Assembly: GCA_018673485.1 (NCBI GenBank)
Contig: JABHCP010000007.1
Coordinates: 9,890 to 73,889, forward strand
Direction: 5' to 3'
Length of the DNA stretch: 64,000 bases
DNA from: Candidatus Uhrbacteria bacterium
GTDB lineage: Bacteria > Patescibacteriota > Patescibacteriia > UBA9934
Of the stretch, positions 38,660 to 49,055 are shown piece after piece. The notes beneath the pieces were generated by a model. It was not told the DNA's origin. It ran no database searches and saw nothing but the letters and a program-made list of their open reading frames with translations. How positions within the stretch are numbered: the first letter of the stretch is position 1; each line of letters opens with the position of its first letter. A program made the position numbers and the translations under genes.

Positions 38660-39781
38660 CTACTGACGGATCGGCATTACTATGTAGATGAACTTTTCTG
38701 CGTTTTCTCCGTGTGGGGCAAGGACGAATGGGCTGGCGGGGTCGATCATTTTTATCTCGACTTCGTCTGAATTCATTGCGTTTAGTCCGTCGAGAACATA
38801 TCGATAGTTAAGTGCCATTGTGTTTTCTTTTCCTTCTATTTCACATTTGAGATCAACATCGTTCTTTCCGCGTGTTGCGTCTTGTGCGAATAATGTAAGT
38901 GCTCCGTCTGGCTTTGCGCTCATCTTAATATCATAAAGCCCTTGTTTGGCAAACAAACTAACGCTTTTAATAGCTTGGATGAGGTCGCGACGTCCAACAA
39001 CGACCTTGGTTTCGTGCTTGTCTGGAATAATTTGGCGGTAGTCTGGGTACACTCCTTCGATAGTTCTGGATATTAACTCAACAGACGCGTAACGGAAGAC
39101 TACTTGATTGTTCGCAAGCTCCATTGTAACGCTCTGTGAGGCCTCCACGTCGTCTTTAAACACAGAGAAGACCCTACTTAGCTCAGAGAGTGTTCTCTGC
39201 GGCACAATGACTTCATACTCCTGTTCTCTCGATGGTGTTTTAATCTCAACTTCTGACAATCTGTAACTATCCGTTGCTGCCATTATCAGCTTCTCGTCCT
39301 TGAACTTCATGTAAACTCCGGTGAGTTCTGGGCGCGCCTCGTTCATCGCGGTTGCAAATAAAGTTTGTGCTAGCGCTTTCTTAAAATCAGATACGTTAAC
39401 TTCAAACTTAACTTCTCCCTCTACTGGTGGAATAAGCGGAAACTCTGCTGGTGAGATTCCGTTAATCGTTGTCTTTGCCTTAGCGCAAGAAACAAACAAA
39501 CCATCATCGTGAAGATCCATATTAACAACATCGTCTGGCAGTAAACTTACAAACTCATAAAAGAGTTTTGATGGAACTGTGTATTCACCTTGTTGTTCTA
39601 GTTTCCCCCGAACAGAACAAGTAAGTGCAATCTCAAGATTTGTTGATATTAATTTAAGTCCTCCTTGGTCAGCCTTAAGTAGAACATTGTTAAGTATTGG
39701 CAAGTTAACATTCTTCGTACTTATATGGCTTGTTATTGAGAGCCCCTGAGAAAGGTTCTCTTTTGTGCATGATAGTTTCAT
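38660..39781 (-). CDS. dnaN: DNA polymerase III beta sliding clamp
   Basis: STNLEI, ATDSYRL, GVYPDY and IVMPIR motifs; follows dnaA. Confidence 0.96.
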   Translation of the reverse strand: MKLSCTKENLSQGLSITSHISTKNVNLPILNNVLLKADQGGLKLISTNLEIALTCSVRGKLEQQGEYTVPSKLFYEFVSLLPDDVVNMDLHDDGLFVSCAKAKTTINGISPAEFPLIPPVEGEVKFEVNVSDFKKALAQTLFATAMNEARPELTGVYMKFKDEKLIMAATDSYRLSEVEIKTPSREQEYEVIVPQRTLSELSRVFSVFKDDVEASQSVTMELANNQVVFRYASVELISRTIEGVYPDYRQIIPDKHETKVVVGRRDLIQAIKSVSLFAKQGLYDIKMSAKPDGALTLFAQDATRGKNDVDLKCEIEGKENTMALNYRYVLDGLNAMNSDEVEIKMIDPASPFVLAPHGENAEKFIYIVMPIRQ

Positions 39782-39784
39782 GGG

Positions 39785-39862
39785 ACTTATTATTATATTA
39801 TTAAGTTAAATATATTTATATAAATAATAGTAGTAATAGGGGGTGTGGACAGTGTGTAAAAC
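39785..39862. other. probable oriC unwinding region (AT-rich DUE, DnaA-trios, G-run, tandem DnaA boxes)
   Basis: AT-rich tract, TAA TAG TAG TAA TAG, GGGG, TGTGGACAG TGTGTAAAA in the dnaA-dnaN gap. Confidence 0.75.
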
Positions 39863-40055
39863 TCCAGTTTATGTTTTACATTGGTGGCGTTTACTTGTGT
39901 ACGAACAGGGATCTACTGTGAGGGAACCGGTGAGTTTATTGTGGATTACTTTTCGTGATTTTTTCAGCCTGTTGTTGTGCACATATTGTACTCAGGCTCG
40001 CTCACAGGAAAACACATAGTTGTTCACGTGCGGTGCACAGTCTACCCACAGAATT

Positions 40056-41462
<1,407 letters not shown>

Positions 41463-41582
41463 AAAGCAATGGGGGTAAGAACGGATCTTTACAAAATTCG
41501 TGACCTGTTGATTTATGAGTCCCATATACCAACACCTCATCGAATTTTAGAAAGATCAGATTTTATATCTCTCAGTCGACGC

Positions 41583-41685
41583 TGTGAATAATATATCAGA
41601 TATCCACAGGTAGCAAGTACCAATAAAATCGTATAAATGTGCAAAAGTTGTGGATATGGTGTGTGGAACTGTACCTTTATCCCCG
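41583..41685. promoter_or_regulatory. DnaA-box-like cluster upstream of dnaA
   Basis: tgtgaataa, atatccaca, tgtggatat and tgtggaact. Confidence 0.6.
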
Positions 41686-41774
41686 ATTCTTGACAAAATA
41701 CCGTATAGTTAGTATAGTTTCGACACTTTGACTAATATGTTGTTGATCAAATCAATGACAGTAATAACTAAGTT

Positions 41775-41927
41775 ATGCCGAAGAGGACATACCAACCAAA
41801 AAAGCGGCGCCGTGCTCGAAAACACGGATTTCGAAAGCGAATGCTCACGAAGACCGGACGCGCAGTACTAAAACGCCGACGAGCCAGAGGACGAAAGCGA
41901 CTTACAGTTGCAGCCCGAATGGCTTAA
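41775..41927 (+). CDS. rpmH: 50S ribosomal protein L34
   Basis: [37 protein letters not shown], translated by hand (below ORF track cutoff). Confidence 0.97.
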   Translation: MPKRTYQPKKRRRARKHGFRKRMLTKTGRAVLKRRRARGRKRLTVAARMA

Positions 41928-42063
41928 AAGAAAAGCGACTCAGCAATGAGCCGTTTTTTCTTTTAGTAGATCCCCTGCCTACCGGCAGGCAGGCTCGACT
42001 CCCTTCGGTCGCTCAGGATGACAACATTGTATATTTACTGTTGTCACTTTATACTGACACCGT

Positions 42064-42408
42064 ATGTTTAAACAAAAGAATAGACTTAAGAAAAAGTTGG
42101 AGGTTCAGGGCACTGTAAAAAAGGGAAAGAGTGTTTTTGATCCGGTTTGTGGGATTAAGTTTTTAAAAAATGATTTGGATGAGTCGCGGTTTGCGGTTGT
42201 TGTTGGGCTTAAGGTTCATAAAAGCGCCGTAAAGCGTAATCGAGTTAAACGTCAGTATCGAGAGGTTGTTCGATTGCATCTTGATTCGATCAAGCCCGGG
42301 TTTGATGTGGTTCTGCTTACGTCGGCTAAAGCGCTTGAACTTACATATGTGCAAAAAGAAGAAAGACTGCTTGCTGTATTTCGTAAAGCTGGATTATGGA
42401 AAGACTAA
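42064..42408 (+). CDS. rnpA: ribonuclease P protein component
   Basis: RFAVVV..KV.KSAVKRNRVKR motif; synteny with rpmH. Confidence 0.95.
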   Translation: MFKQKNRLKKKLEVQGTVKKGKSVFDPVCGIKFLKNDLDESRFAVVVGLKVHKSAVKRNRVKRQYREVVRLHLDSIKPGFDVVLLTSAKALELTYVQKEERLLAVFRKAGLWKD

Positions 42409-42647
42409 TTCGATATTGGCGCACTGTTGCGGCCTGGCCAATCACCGCATATCAAAAAACCCTCTCGTTTGACCATGGTCCGATGAGGGTTTTGTTTCCG
42501 CACGGTTATTGTAGGTTTCATCCGTCGTGTTCTGAATATGCCAAGCTCGCGATTTTAAAGTATGGAGTCGTCTGGGGCGGCTTGAAAGGCGGGTATCGAA
42601 TTTTAAAATGCAATCCTTGGAATAAAGGCGGGGTTGATAGGCCTTGA
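42396..42647 (+). CDS. yidD: membrane protein insertion efficiency factor YidD
   Basis: CRFHPSCSEY and RILKCNPW..GG.D motifs. Confidence 0.93.
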   Translation: MERLIRYWRTVAAWPITAYQKTLSFDHGPMRVLFPHGYCRFHPSCSEYAKLAILKYGVVWGGLKGGYRILKCNPWNKGGVDRP

Positions 42648-42658
42648 GAAAAAAACAC

Positions 42659-42760
42659 CCATCTCGAGGAGTCCAAAGACGACGAGAGATCCCGTGCGTA
42701 ACCGATCGAACGTTGAGATAGCGGTGGGATCCTTCGGCCCGTCGGACGGGCCTCTGGATG
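42659..42760. repeat. REP-like element
   Basis: ccatctcga...gagagatc...cgatcgaacgttgag...gggatcc...cctctggatgg; homologous to 3121-3243. Confidence 0.75.
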
Positions 42761-42777
42761 GTATGCATTTTCTATGT

Positions 42778-43026
42778 CTATTTGAGAGCGGATAAGTCTA
42801 CAGAATCCGGAAGTTTCACATGTTTAACGCGGCTTGAGTGGCCGCGCTTTATCGTTATTAAACTTTTTGCTACGCCAAGTCGCTTTGCTAGGAAATCGAT
42901 GAGTGCTCGATTGGCTTTACCGTCGACTGCGGGTGCCGCGATGTCAATTTTTACAGTTCCAGAATCAAGCCAGGCCTTCACTTGGTTGTTTTTAGCGTTT
43001 GGTTTGATGTGAACTGTAAGGATCAT
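42778..43026 (-). CDS. DUF167/YggU family protein
   Basis: VHIKPNAK, APAVDGKAN and G.SSR.K motifs; the upstream extension in the ORF track is repeat DNA. Confidence 0.9.
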   Translation of the reverse strand: MILTVHIKPNAKNNQVKAWLDSGTVKIDIAAPAVDGKANRALIDFLAKRLGVAKSLITIKRGHSSRVKHVKLPDSVDLSALK

Positions 43027-43038
43027 AGCGTTCGGTTC

Positions 43039-43150
43039 TCCCTCTTCCCACCCTTCGATATAACTCAGGGTGCCCTGAGCTTGTCGAATGGACAAGGGGG
43101 AGTTAGCTGTGCCAGTCCGAAGCTCTGCAGAGCGAAGGCTGGAGGGGGTT
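43039..43150. repeat. nested composite of three REP families
   Basis: cccctcttcc..caagggggagttag..agggggtt interrupted by a ccctgagcttgtcgaa-type unit and a ccgaagctctgcagagcgaagg-type unit. Confidence 0.7.
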
Positions 43151-43181
43151 GTCGTTTGATCGAATTCGATCTAATTAAGTA

Positions 43182-44195
43182 CTAATATGAATCAACCGCG
43201 TTGATAATTCGCTTAGCTGCTTTGATGACACGCTCAGGATTTTCGCTGTGAGCAGTTTCGTTGCACAGCATGATAGCCGATGCGCCATCAAGAGCGGCAT
43301 TTGTAACATCTAGTATATCAGAGCGTTGCGGAATGTTTTGAGTGAGCATAGAAGTGAGTGCTCCGGTTGCAACTATCGAGTACTTCCCTTTTGATCTAGC
43401 TCTTGCAACAAGTTGTTTTTGAATAAGGCCAAGATATTCGTACGGAACGGTAAGGGCGAGGTCGCCGCGGGCCACCATGATGCCGTGGGCAAGATCTAGT
43501 ATCTCATCGATGTTGTCGACTCCCTCTTGAGACTCGATCTTCGCGATTACGCGTGGGTTCCAGTCGGGCGTTGTGTGTCGATCGAGCTTCGAGAGAAGCT
43601 GCTCAAGCATAGCGCTGGAGTTCACAAAAGAAAACGCGATCATATCAGGCTTACTTTGTGGTAACTTCTCAAGTATCTCATCGATCATTGGGACAACATG
43701 GTCTAATTGATCAAGTGCGCGGGGTATCGTCATGCCAGTGCATTGGACGATCGTGCCCGAGTGGCATGTTTTTGCAATAAATTCGTTGGAACTATGAATA
43801 GCTACGACCTCAAAGCTCATTTGCCCATCTTGAATATAGAACTGCTCACCCACTCGAAGATAGTCAGCCAGGTTTTCGGTTTGAAATGTTAGGTAGGCTT
43901 GTGGATCTATGGTTTCTGGTCCATGCAGAAATCGAAATTCCTCACCCTCAGCAACTTCGATCTTATTTTGGGGAAACTTTCCTAATCTGAGCTTTGCCTC
44001 AGGCAGATCAGCCAGCAACTGCACATCACGATCGCATTGGTCGATTTGCTCACGGGCCTTCACAAGCGCCTCTGAGATTTTATCAGCGCCCCAATGCGAA
44101 CATTTGATACGCAAAACATCAACGCCGGCCTCAATCATGGCCTGATTGCGATCAAAATAGTAAGGATCTTTCCAAATAGTAGCGATTATTTGCAT
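43182..44195 (-). CDS. pyk: pyruvate kinase-like protein (barrel and B domain only)
   Basis: AKIES..G, GIMVARGDL and DVTNAALDGASAIML..ETA motifs; lacks the C-terminal domain. Confidence 0.8.
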   Translation of the reverse strand: MQIIATIWKDPYYFDRNQAMIEAGVDVLRIKCSHWGADKISEALVKAREQIDQCDRDVQLLADLPEAKLRLGKFPQNKIEVAEGEEFRFLHGPETIDPQAYLTFQTENLADYLRVGEQFYIQDGQMSFEVVAIHSSNEFIAKTCHSGTIVQCTGMTIPRALDQLDHVVPMIDEILEKLPQSKPDMIAFSFVNSSAMLEQLLSKLDRHTTPDWNPRVIAKIESQEGVDNIDEILDLAHGIMVARGDLALTVPYEYLGLIQKQLVARARSKGKYSIVATGALTSMLTQNIPQRSDILDVTNAALDGASAIMLCNETAHSENPERVIKAAKRIINAVDSY

Positions 44196-44398
44196 AGCGT
44201 TCAGTCCTCCCCCTTCCCAAGGGGGAGCTAGAGGGGGTTGCCATTGAGTAAATAAAATCAGGAGACATTCCTCCTGTTTCCGATTGCATTGTATCAAGTT
44301 ATTGCTAGTTTGATCAAAAAGGTTTCACTAAGGTCCCGATCGGCCCTTTAGTGAAACCTTCTTGACGTCGACGGCTTGGCATGAGAATCTGGGCGCAT

Positions 44399-45061
44399 AT
44401 GCAACCCATTGAAGCGCTAGGAAACTTTTTAACACAAACCCCCGAGATGCTCTCGCAAGTACATAGATGGGGAAATTCTCCTTCTGTGCCTAGGCATGAG
44501 CGTGAGTCGGTATTAAAGCACACGTTCCGAGCGGTGGCATTAACTGCCGCCATGGTTGCGATTGAAGAAGAACAAGGAGATTTACCACAGAAGCTCGATG
44601 GTGAGCGTCTATTGCTTGCAGCTTTGCTCCACGATATTGGCGAGGGGCGCACAGGTGATATTTTGTATGCGGTAAAGCAAGATGGGCGCGTTAAGCATAT
44701 GTTGAATGAGATAGAACGCGAGCAGGCGATGTCACTTTTGAAGGATTTGCCATTATCGGTTCGTGATAAATATGAAAGTGCGTATCGATTGGAGTCTGAG
44801 GATTCAATCGAAGGTCGATTTTTCAATGCGGTTGAGCGAATGGGGTATATTTATTATTCCATTGAGCAGTATCGAGATCGTGGGCGTAAAGACTTCATCG
44901 AGACCTTCCAAATGCAGCATGAAAAGATTTTGGTTCTTGAAGAGGAGTTTGTGAGCCTGAAGGTTTTGTACGGTGAGTTTAAGGAATATATTGAAAAGGA
45001 GCTTGAGCTTGAACAGAAGGCTCGCGCTTTTCGTGAAACGACGGGAATAGGATCAAAATAA
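44399..45061 (+). CDS. HD-domain phosphohydrolase (YfbR-like)
   Basis: RW...ESV..H, ALLHDIGE..TGDI motifs. Confidence 0.82.
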   Translation: MQPIEALGNFLTQTPEMLSQVHRWGNSPSVPRHERESVLKHTFRAVALTAAMVAIEEEQGDLPQKLDGERLLLAALLHDIGEGRTGDILYAVKQDGRVKHMLNEIEREQAMSLLKDLPLSVRDKYESAYRLESEDSIEGRFFNAVERMGYIYYSIEQYRDRGRKDFIETFQMQHEKILVLEEEFVSLKVLYGEFKEYIEKELELEQKARAFRETTGIGSK

Positions 45062-45281
45062 TAAATAAAGTCTAATTTAAAAAAACAGCCAATTTTAGTT
45101 AAAAAAGCACGCTTTTATATTGACAAGAGCGTGTTTTTGTGTTATATTTTGCAGTCCTGCTGAGTCTACGGACCAGCTGACAACCTTCCTTGGGCCTACC
45201 ACACAATTCGTGAGGGGGCAGCAAAGAAGGATCCTTTTTCAGGACCTACTTCGTGAAAGCGGAGGGGTTGCTGGAGAAATC

Positions 45282-45656
45282 ATGAACGATAAAGCAGACG
45301 TGATCATGTGCGCCCACCAAGGCACCTTCATGGTGTACCCTCACCCCGAAGGGCGCCTGGCACACCTCTACGAGGAAGTCACGGTCAATATCAGAGGGAA
45401 CGACTTTGTGAAGCCAAAGGTCTGGATCCTTGGTGCGTCCTGGGCCGACACGATTCTCGGAACGCACGGGACTCGTCAGGAGGTGGATACCCTCAAGCGC
45501 TTGATGCGTAGTGAGGGCATCGTATACCAGGTCACGCAAGACGAGATGGTCCCATGCTGCCAGCCTGCCCGTAAGAACAACGAGTGGGTCTGGTACGACT
45601 CTGACCGTGCCCAGCTGCGAACTGACTCGCCTTTGGCGATCTTCTTTAGCGGCTAG
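45282..45656 (+). CDS. hypothetical orphan protein
   Basis: TTGACA promoter at 45120, GGAG SD before ATG 45282, downstream hairpin terminator. Confidence 0.6.
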   Translation: MNDKADVIMCAHQGTFMVYPHPEGRLAHLYEEVTVNIRGNDFVKPKVWILGASWADTILGTHGTRQEVDTLKRLMRSEGIVYQVTQDEMVPCCQPARKNNEWVWYDSDRAQLRTDSPLAIFFSG

Positions 45657-45809
45657 ACTTAACAGCTTTTTTCTTCCCCCTCTCTCAACCCCCATCAAAC
45701 CTGAAGGACTCCCATGTCCAACTCACGGTTTGTGGGGGGTTCTTCTTTTATAGAAAAAATAGACAACTTACCGCTTAGATGGCCCTGTGTTTTTTTTCTA
45801 TCCATTCGA

Positions 45810-45922
45810 TGTTCGATCGGACATTTTATGAATTTATCAAAATTGCTTTTGAGGCTGATTTAAAGACTGCGTTTAGAGATATCAATTTTCATAATACGTT
45901 CGATCGAACGTATTATGAAAAT
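45810..45922. mobile_element. 113-bp MITE-like element, copy 1
   Basis: tgttcgatcggaca ... gcttttgaggctgatttaaagac ... perfect 38-bp palindrome 45885-45922. Confidence 0.6.
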
Positions 45923-45982
45923 AAAGCATCAACGCCCCACTCGTTGTACGAGTTGGGGCGTAGTTGATTGCGCACGAGGGCG

Positions 45983-46666
45983 CTAGCGGGATCCTCGAGC
46001 TGATCCCCACGTTCCTTCTTTGCGTGAACTGCCGAAGATGTATTCGGGTTGGGTCTCTTCGGATATGTCTTGGATGACGACTTGGTGCCCGTCGCCTTGA
46101 AGGACCGAGCTCGCTCCAACTGGCATGATGAACTGTTGGTCGACGTCGCGGGTGATGATCATGCCCTGCGGTTCGAGCAGCGGGCTGTTCTGGTGGTTGT
46201 CCCAGATCAGCATGTCGTTGATCGTGTAGGTCTGGTCAGGTTCGAACCGACCAGAAACCTCCTCGATGATCAGCGTGCCGCCGTCGCGTTCGAAGACGCC
46301 AGTCGTGAAGCCCGTGAATGGGTGGTCGTTGTTCGCATCCTTGAAGATCGAGTTGACCCCAAAGAGCTTGGGCTGGGTCATGCCACGAAGGTGAGCACTT
46401 GAGTCACCGACATAGACTACCACCTTGTGGGCCTGTGGTGTCACAAAGAGCATGAAGTTCGGATCCTCGCAATCGGCTGAGGTGCTGGAGAGCTCTTGCT
46501 CCAGACAGGTCTCGATCGTGGCGAGAAGTTCTGCCTTTCCTGTGTCACGACCACCGTACAATGTAGCCAGGTTGACGCCGCACATGAGAAGAGCTGCGAT
46601 AACGAGTAACACCGTTAGATCAGAGACCTTCAAGGTGATTTCTTTGGAGAAGAATTTGTTTGCCAT
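45983..46666 (-). CDS. hypothetical membrane-anchored protein
   Basis: N-terminal TM, GGGAG SD, own terminator near 45927-45961. Confidence 0.7.
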   Translation of the reverse strand: MANKFFSKEITLKVSDLTVLLVIAALLMCGVNLATLYGGRDTGKAELLATIETCLEQELSSTSADCEDPNFMLFVTPQAHKVVVYVGDSSAHLRGMTQPKLFGVNSIFKDANNDHPFTGFTTGVFERDGGTLIIEEVSGRFEPDQTYTINDMLIWDNHQNSPLLEPQGMIITRDVDQQFIMPVGASSVLQGDGHQVVIQDISEETQPEYIFGSSRKEGTWGSARGSR

Positions 46667-46851
46667 GATTGCTCCCGATCGAGGTCGGATCCAGTGTTCG
46701 CGCTTACATTAGCTTAGAAGTATTCTGCGGTCAAGATTCGACGGCAACCCCCTGGCGTCCCCCTTGGGAAGGGGGACATTTAATTAAAACAAAAGAACCA
46801 CCTGAGGTGGTTCTTCCTGTGCACTGCGAACTGAGCACTGCGTACTATATT

Positions 46852-48135
46852 CTACTTCACCATCTTGTCTCGTAGAATGTCTAGTGTTTTCTTATTCTTC
46901 ATCTGCATTTCTACGTAGTCGCGATATTGTGGTGATTGGATGTACTTCTTCTGGTCTTCTTTCTCGTACTTCTCTGCTACTTTTACGATCTCAGCATCCA
47001 ATTCCTTTGCTTCAACCTTTACGTCTTCGAGCTTTGCAATTTCCTTTAGCAGCAATGCTACTTTTACTCGAGTGAGTGCGTTGGTTGCGAAGTCGAGTTT
47101 CATGTCAGCGAAAGTTTTTCCAATTGATGTTAGGTATTCTTCAAACTCTACACCGCGTTGGGCTACAGCTTGCTTCATTTCATTGATCATCTTATCAACT
47201 TCTTGATTCACTAGCAGGTCTGGGATGTCATCAAAGTTTGATTTACCGGAAAGCAATTCAAGCATTTCCTTTTCTTGTCGTCGATCCTCTTCAACCTGAT
47301 TTTCCTTTGTAAGATTCTCGATTAGTTTACCCTCAAGGTCTTTAACGTCCTTCATTCCCAAGTTCTTAGCAAAAGCGTCGTCAAACTTTGGAGTGTCAAG
47401 ATTGAATATTTCCTTAACCTCAACTGTGAACTCGATCTCAGCTCCAGCCATGTGCTTTTGGTAGTGATCCTTTGGGAACGTTAGAGTGAAAGTTTTTACA
47501 TCTCCTTCTTTTGATCCTAATATTTGATCGATGAAGCCATCAACGTAGTAGCTCTCTGATGTGTAGATGCCGTGGTCTTGTCCTTCCCCACCTTCAACTA
47601 CAACACCATCCTTTTTCATTGTCAGATTAACTACAACCTTGTCGCCTTGTTTGAGCTCAGTTCCTGACTTGGCTCGAACTTCTTTTGTCTGCATGCCAAC
47701 TAAGTCCTTCTTTGCTTGATCAATAAGCTCTTGCTTTGGAGCAGAGTCCTGCTTTTTTATTGATAGCTTGCTGTAGTCAGCGAGCTTTTGGATCGAGGGC
47801 ATAAGTGAGACCTCAGCAGTGAATTCCATATCGTTTCCTGGAGCCATTTTGTTCATGTTGAAGTATGGCTGGCCAACAGAGTCGATCTTCTCTTCCAAAA
47901 GTGCTTTCATAAAAGCTGTGCGAACAAGCCCTTCAGTTGCTTCCTCAAGAATCTTCATTTCACCAACACGCTTCTCGATGGTCGCGTAGTCAGCTTTTCC
48001 TGGTCGAAATCCTGCGATCTCCGTATTTTCACCAATCCGCGTTGCAGCTTCCTTCATCGCTTCTTTAACCTGCTCAGCTGGAATTGTAATAGTGAAAGTG
48101 ACCTTATTCTTCTCTGTTTTTACTGTGTGTGACAT
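46852..48135 (-). CDS. tig: trigger factor
   Basis: IAGFRPGKA signature, FKBP domain, C-terminal domain. Confidence 0.95.
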   Translation of the reverse strand: MSHTVKTEKNKVTFTITIPAEQVKEAMKEAATRIGENTEIAGFRPGKADYATIEKRVGEMKILEEATEGLVRTAFMKALLEEKIDSVGQPYFNMNKMAPGNDMEFTAEVSLMPSIQKLADYSKLSIKKQDSAPKQELIDQAKKDLVGMQTKEVRAKSGTELKQGDKVVVNLTMKKDGVVVEGGEGQDHGIYTSESYYVDGFIDQILGSKEGDVKTFTLTFPKDHYQKHMAGAEIEFTVEVKEIFNLDTPKFDDAFAKNLGMKDVKDLEGKLIENLTKENQVEEDRRQEKEMLELLSGKSNFDDIPDLLVNQEVDKMINEMKQAVAQRGVEFEEYLTSIGKTFADMKLDFATNALTRVKVALLLKEIAKLEDVKVEAKELDAEIVKVAEKYEKEDQKKYIQSPQYRDYVEMQMKNKKTLDILRDKMVK

Positions 48136-48385
48136 AAAATTTATTCTCAAAGTGATTTGATTTACGAGCGGAGTATGTCGAATTTAGAGGATTTTGTCAA
48201 TGATTTGATCAGAACACAGACGTAAGACTTTAGACTCCAGAGCAAGGTCCGGTATTCTCAAGGTTGAACCTTTAAAGGTTCAACCTTGGCGGTAAACCAT
48301 TGATATTATTGAGTATTTGTGATTACATGCACTTGTCGAAATCAATCGGCGAGTTTCTGGCGAGTACGTCAGATTGGGGTGAGTA

Positions 48386-48922
48386 ATGAGTGTTCCAATG
48401 ATCGGTGATAGCGGTGTGCTCCTGCAGGTTTCAACGATGAGGGCCAATGCTGTCATGCGACTTCTGAGTATGGAGTGCTTCCGTGTAGTGCCCTTCCTGA
48501 TCGATGCTCGTGAGGAGTTCCGTCCCAGCGACTGGTTTAGGACCATCGGTGAGTTCCATGAGTGGGTCATGCAGAGTTCAGAGACGCAGTTTGCTGACAA
48601 GCTCCGTGCGGCATGGGGACAGATCGAAGCGGATCTATATGCCAGAAATATCCCAGCTAACCTTGAAGTTGTGGCCAACCGCATTCGAGCGTTCAAGCTG
48701 CCTAAGGGTACGGAGCGGATTGAATGGTCCCGGGATGGCAAGAACATTGTCATTGAAATCAACGACTGGCATGACGAATTCGATAGCTTGGAACGCTTCC
48801 TGGAACTTCTTGCAAAAGATGCTTGGCGATCGAACGATGACGTACATGCGCATAGCGTCATCCGGCTCGCTCAAGAACTCCTCGCGCTCGACAACTTCCC
48901 GATCCGTAGACCTACCGACTAG
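48386..48922 (+). CDS. hypothetical orphan protein
   Basis: 178-aa ORF followed by terminator ccccgcgcc/ggcgcgggg-ttcttgtttt. Confidence 0.65.
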   Translation: MSVPMIGDSGVLLQVSTMRANAVMRLLSMECFRVVPFLIDAREEFRPSDWFRTIGEFHEWVMQSSETQFADKLRAAWGQIEADLYARNIPANLEVVANRIRAFKLPKGTERIEWSRDGKNIVIEINDWHDEFDSLERFLELLAKDAWRSNDDVHAHSVIRLAQELLALDNFPIRRPTD

Positions 48923-49055
48923 GTAGGCTGAGTTCGATCGAACTCAGCGTCCCCGCGCCCACTCGGCGCGGGGTTCTTGTTTTTTAAAACGAAAGAGCCG
49001 ACTCGCGCCGGCCCTTTTTTATCTGTGTACTGTGAACTGCGTACTGTGCACTTCA

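Noticed and set aside
42396-42780. Absence of yidC after rnpA-yidD as evidence of gene loss
   Set aside because: yidC may lie elsewhere in the genome; this cannot be judged from one window
44196-44297. N-terminal extension of pyk in the ORF track (similar extensions on DUF167, pnp, dnaA and galU)
   Set aside because: The extensions run through REP or leader DNA; family homology begins at downstream ATGs
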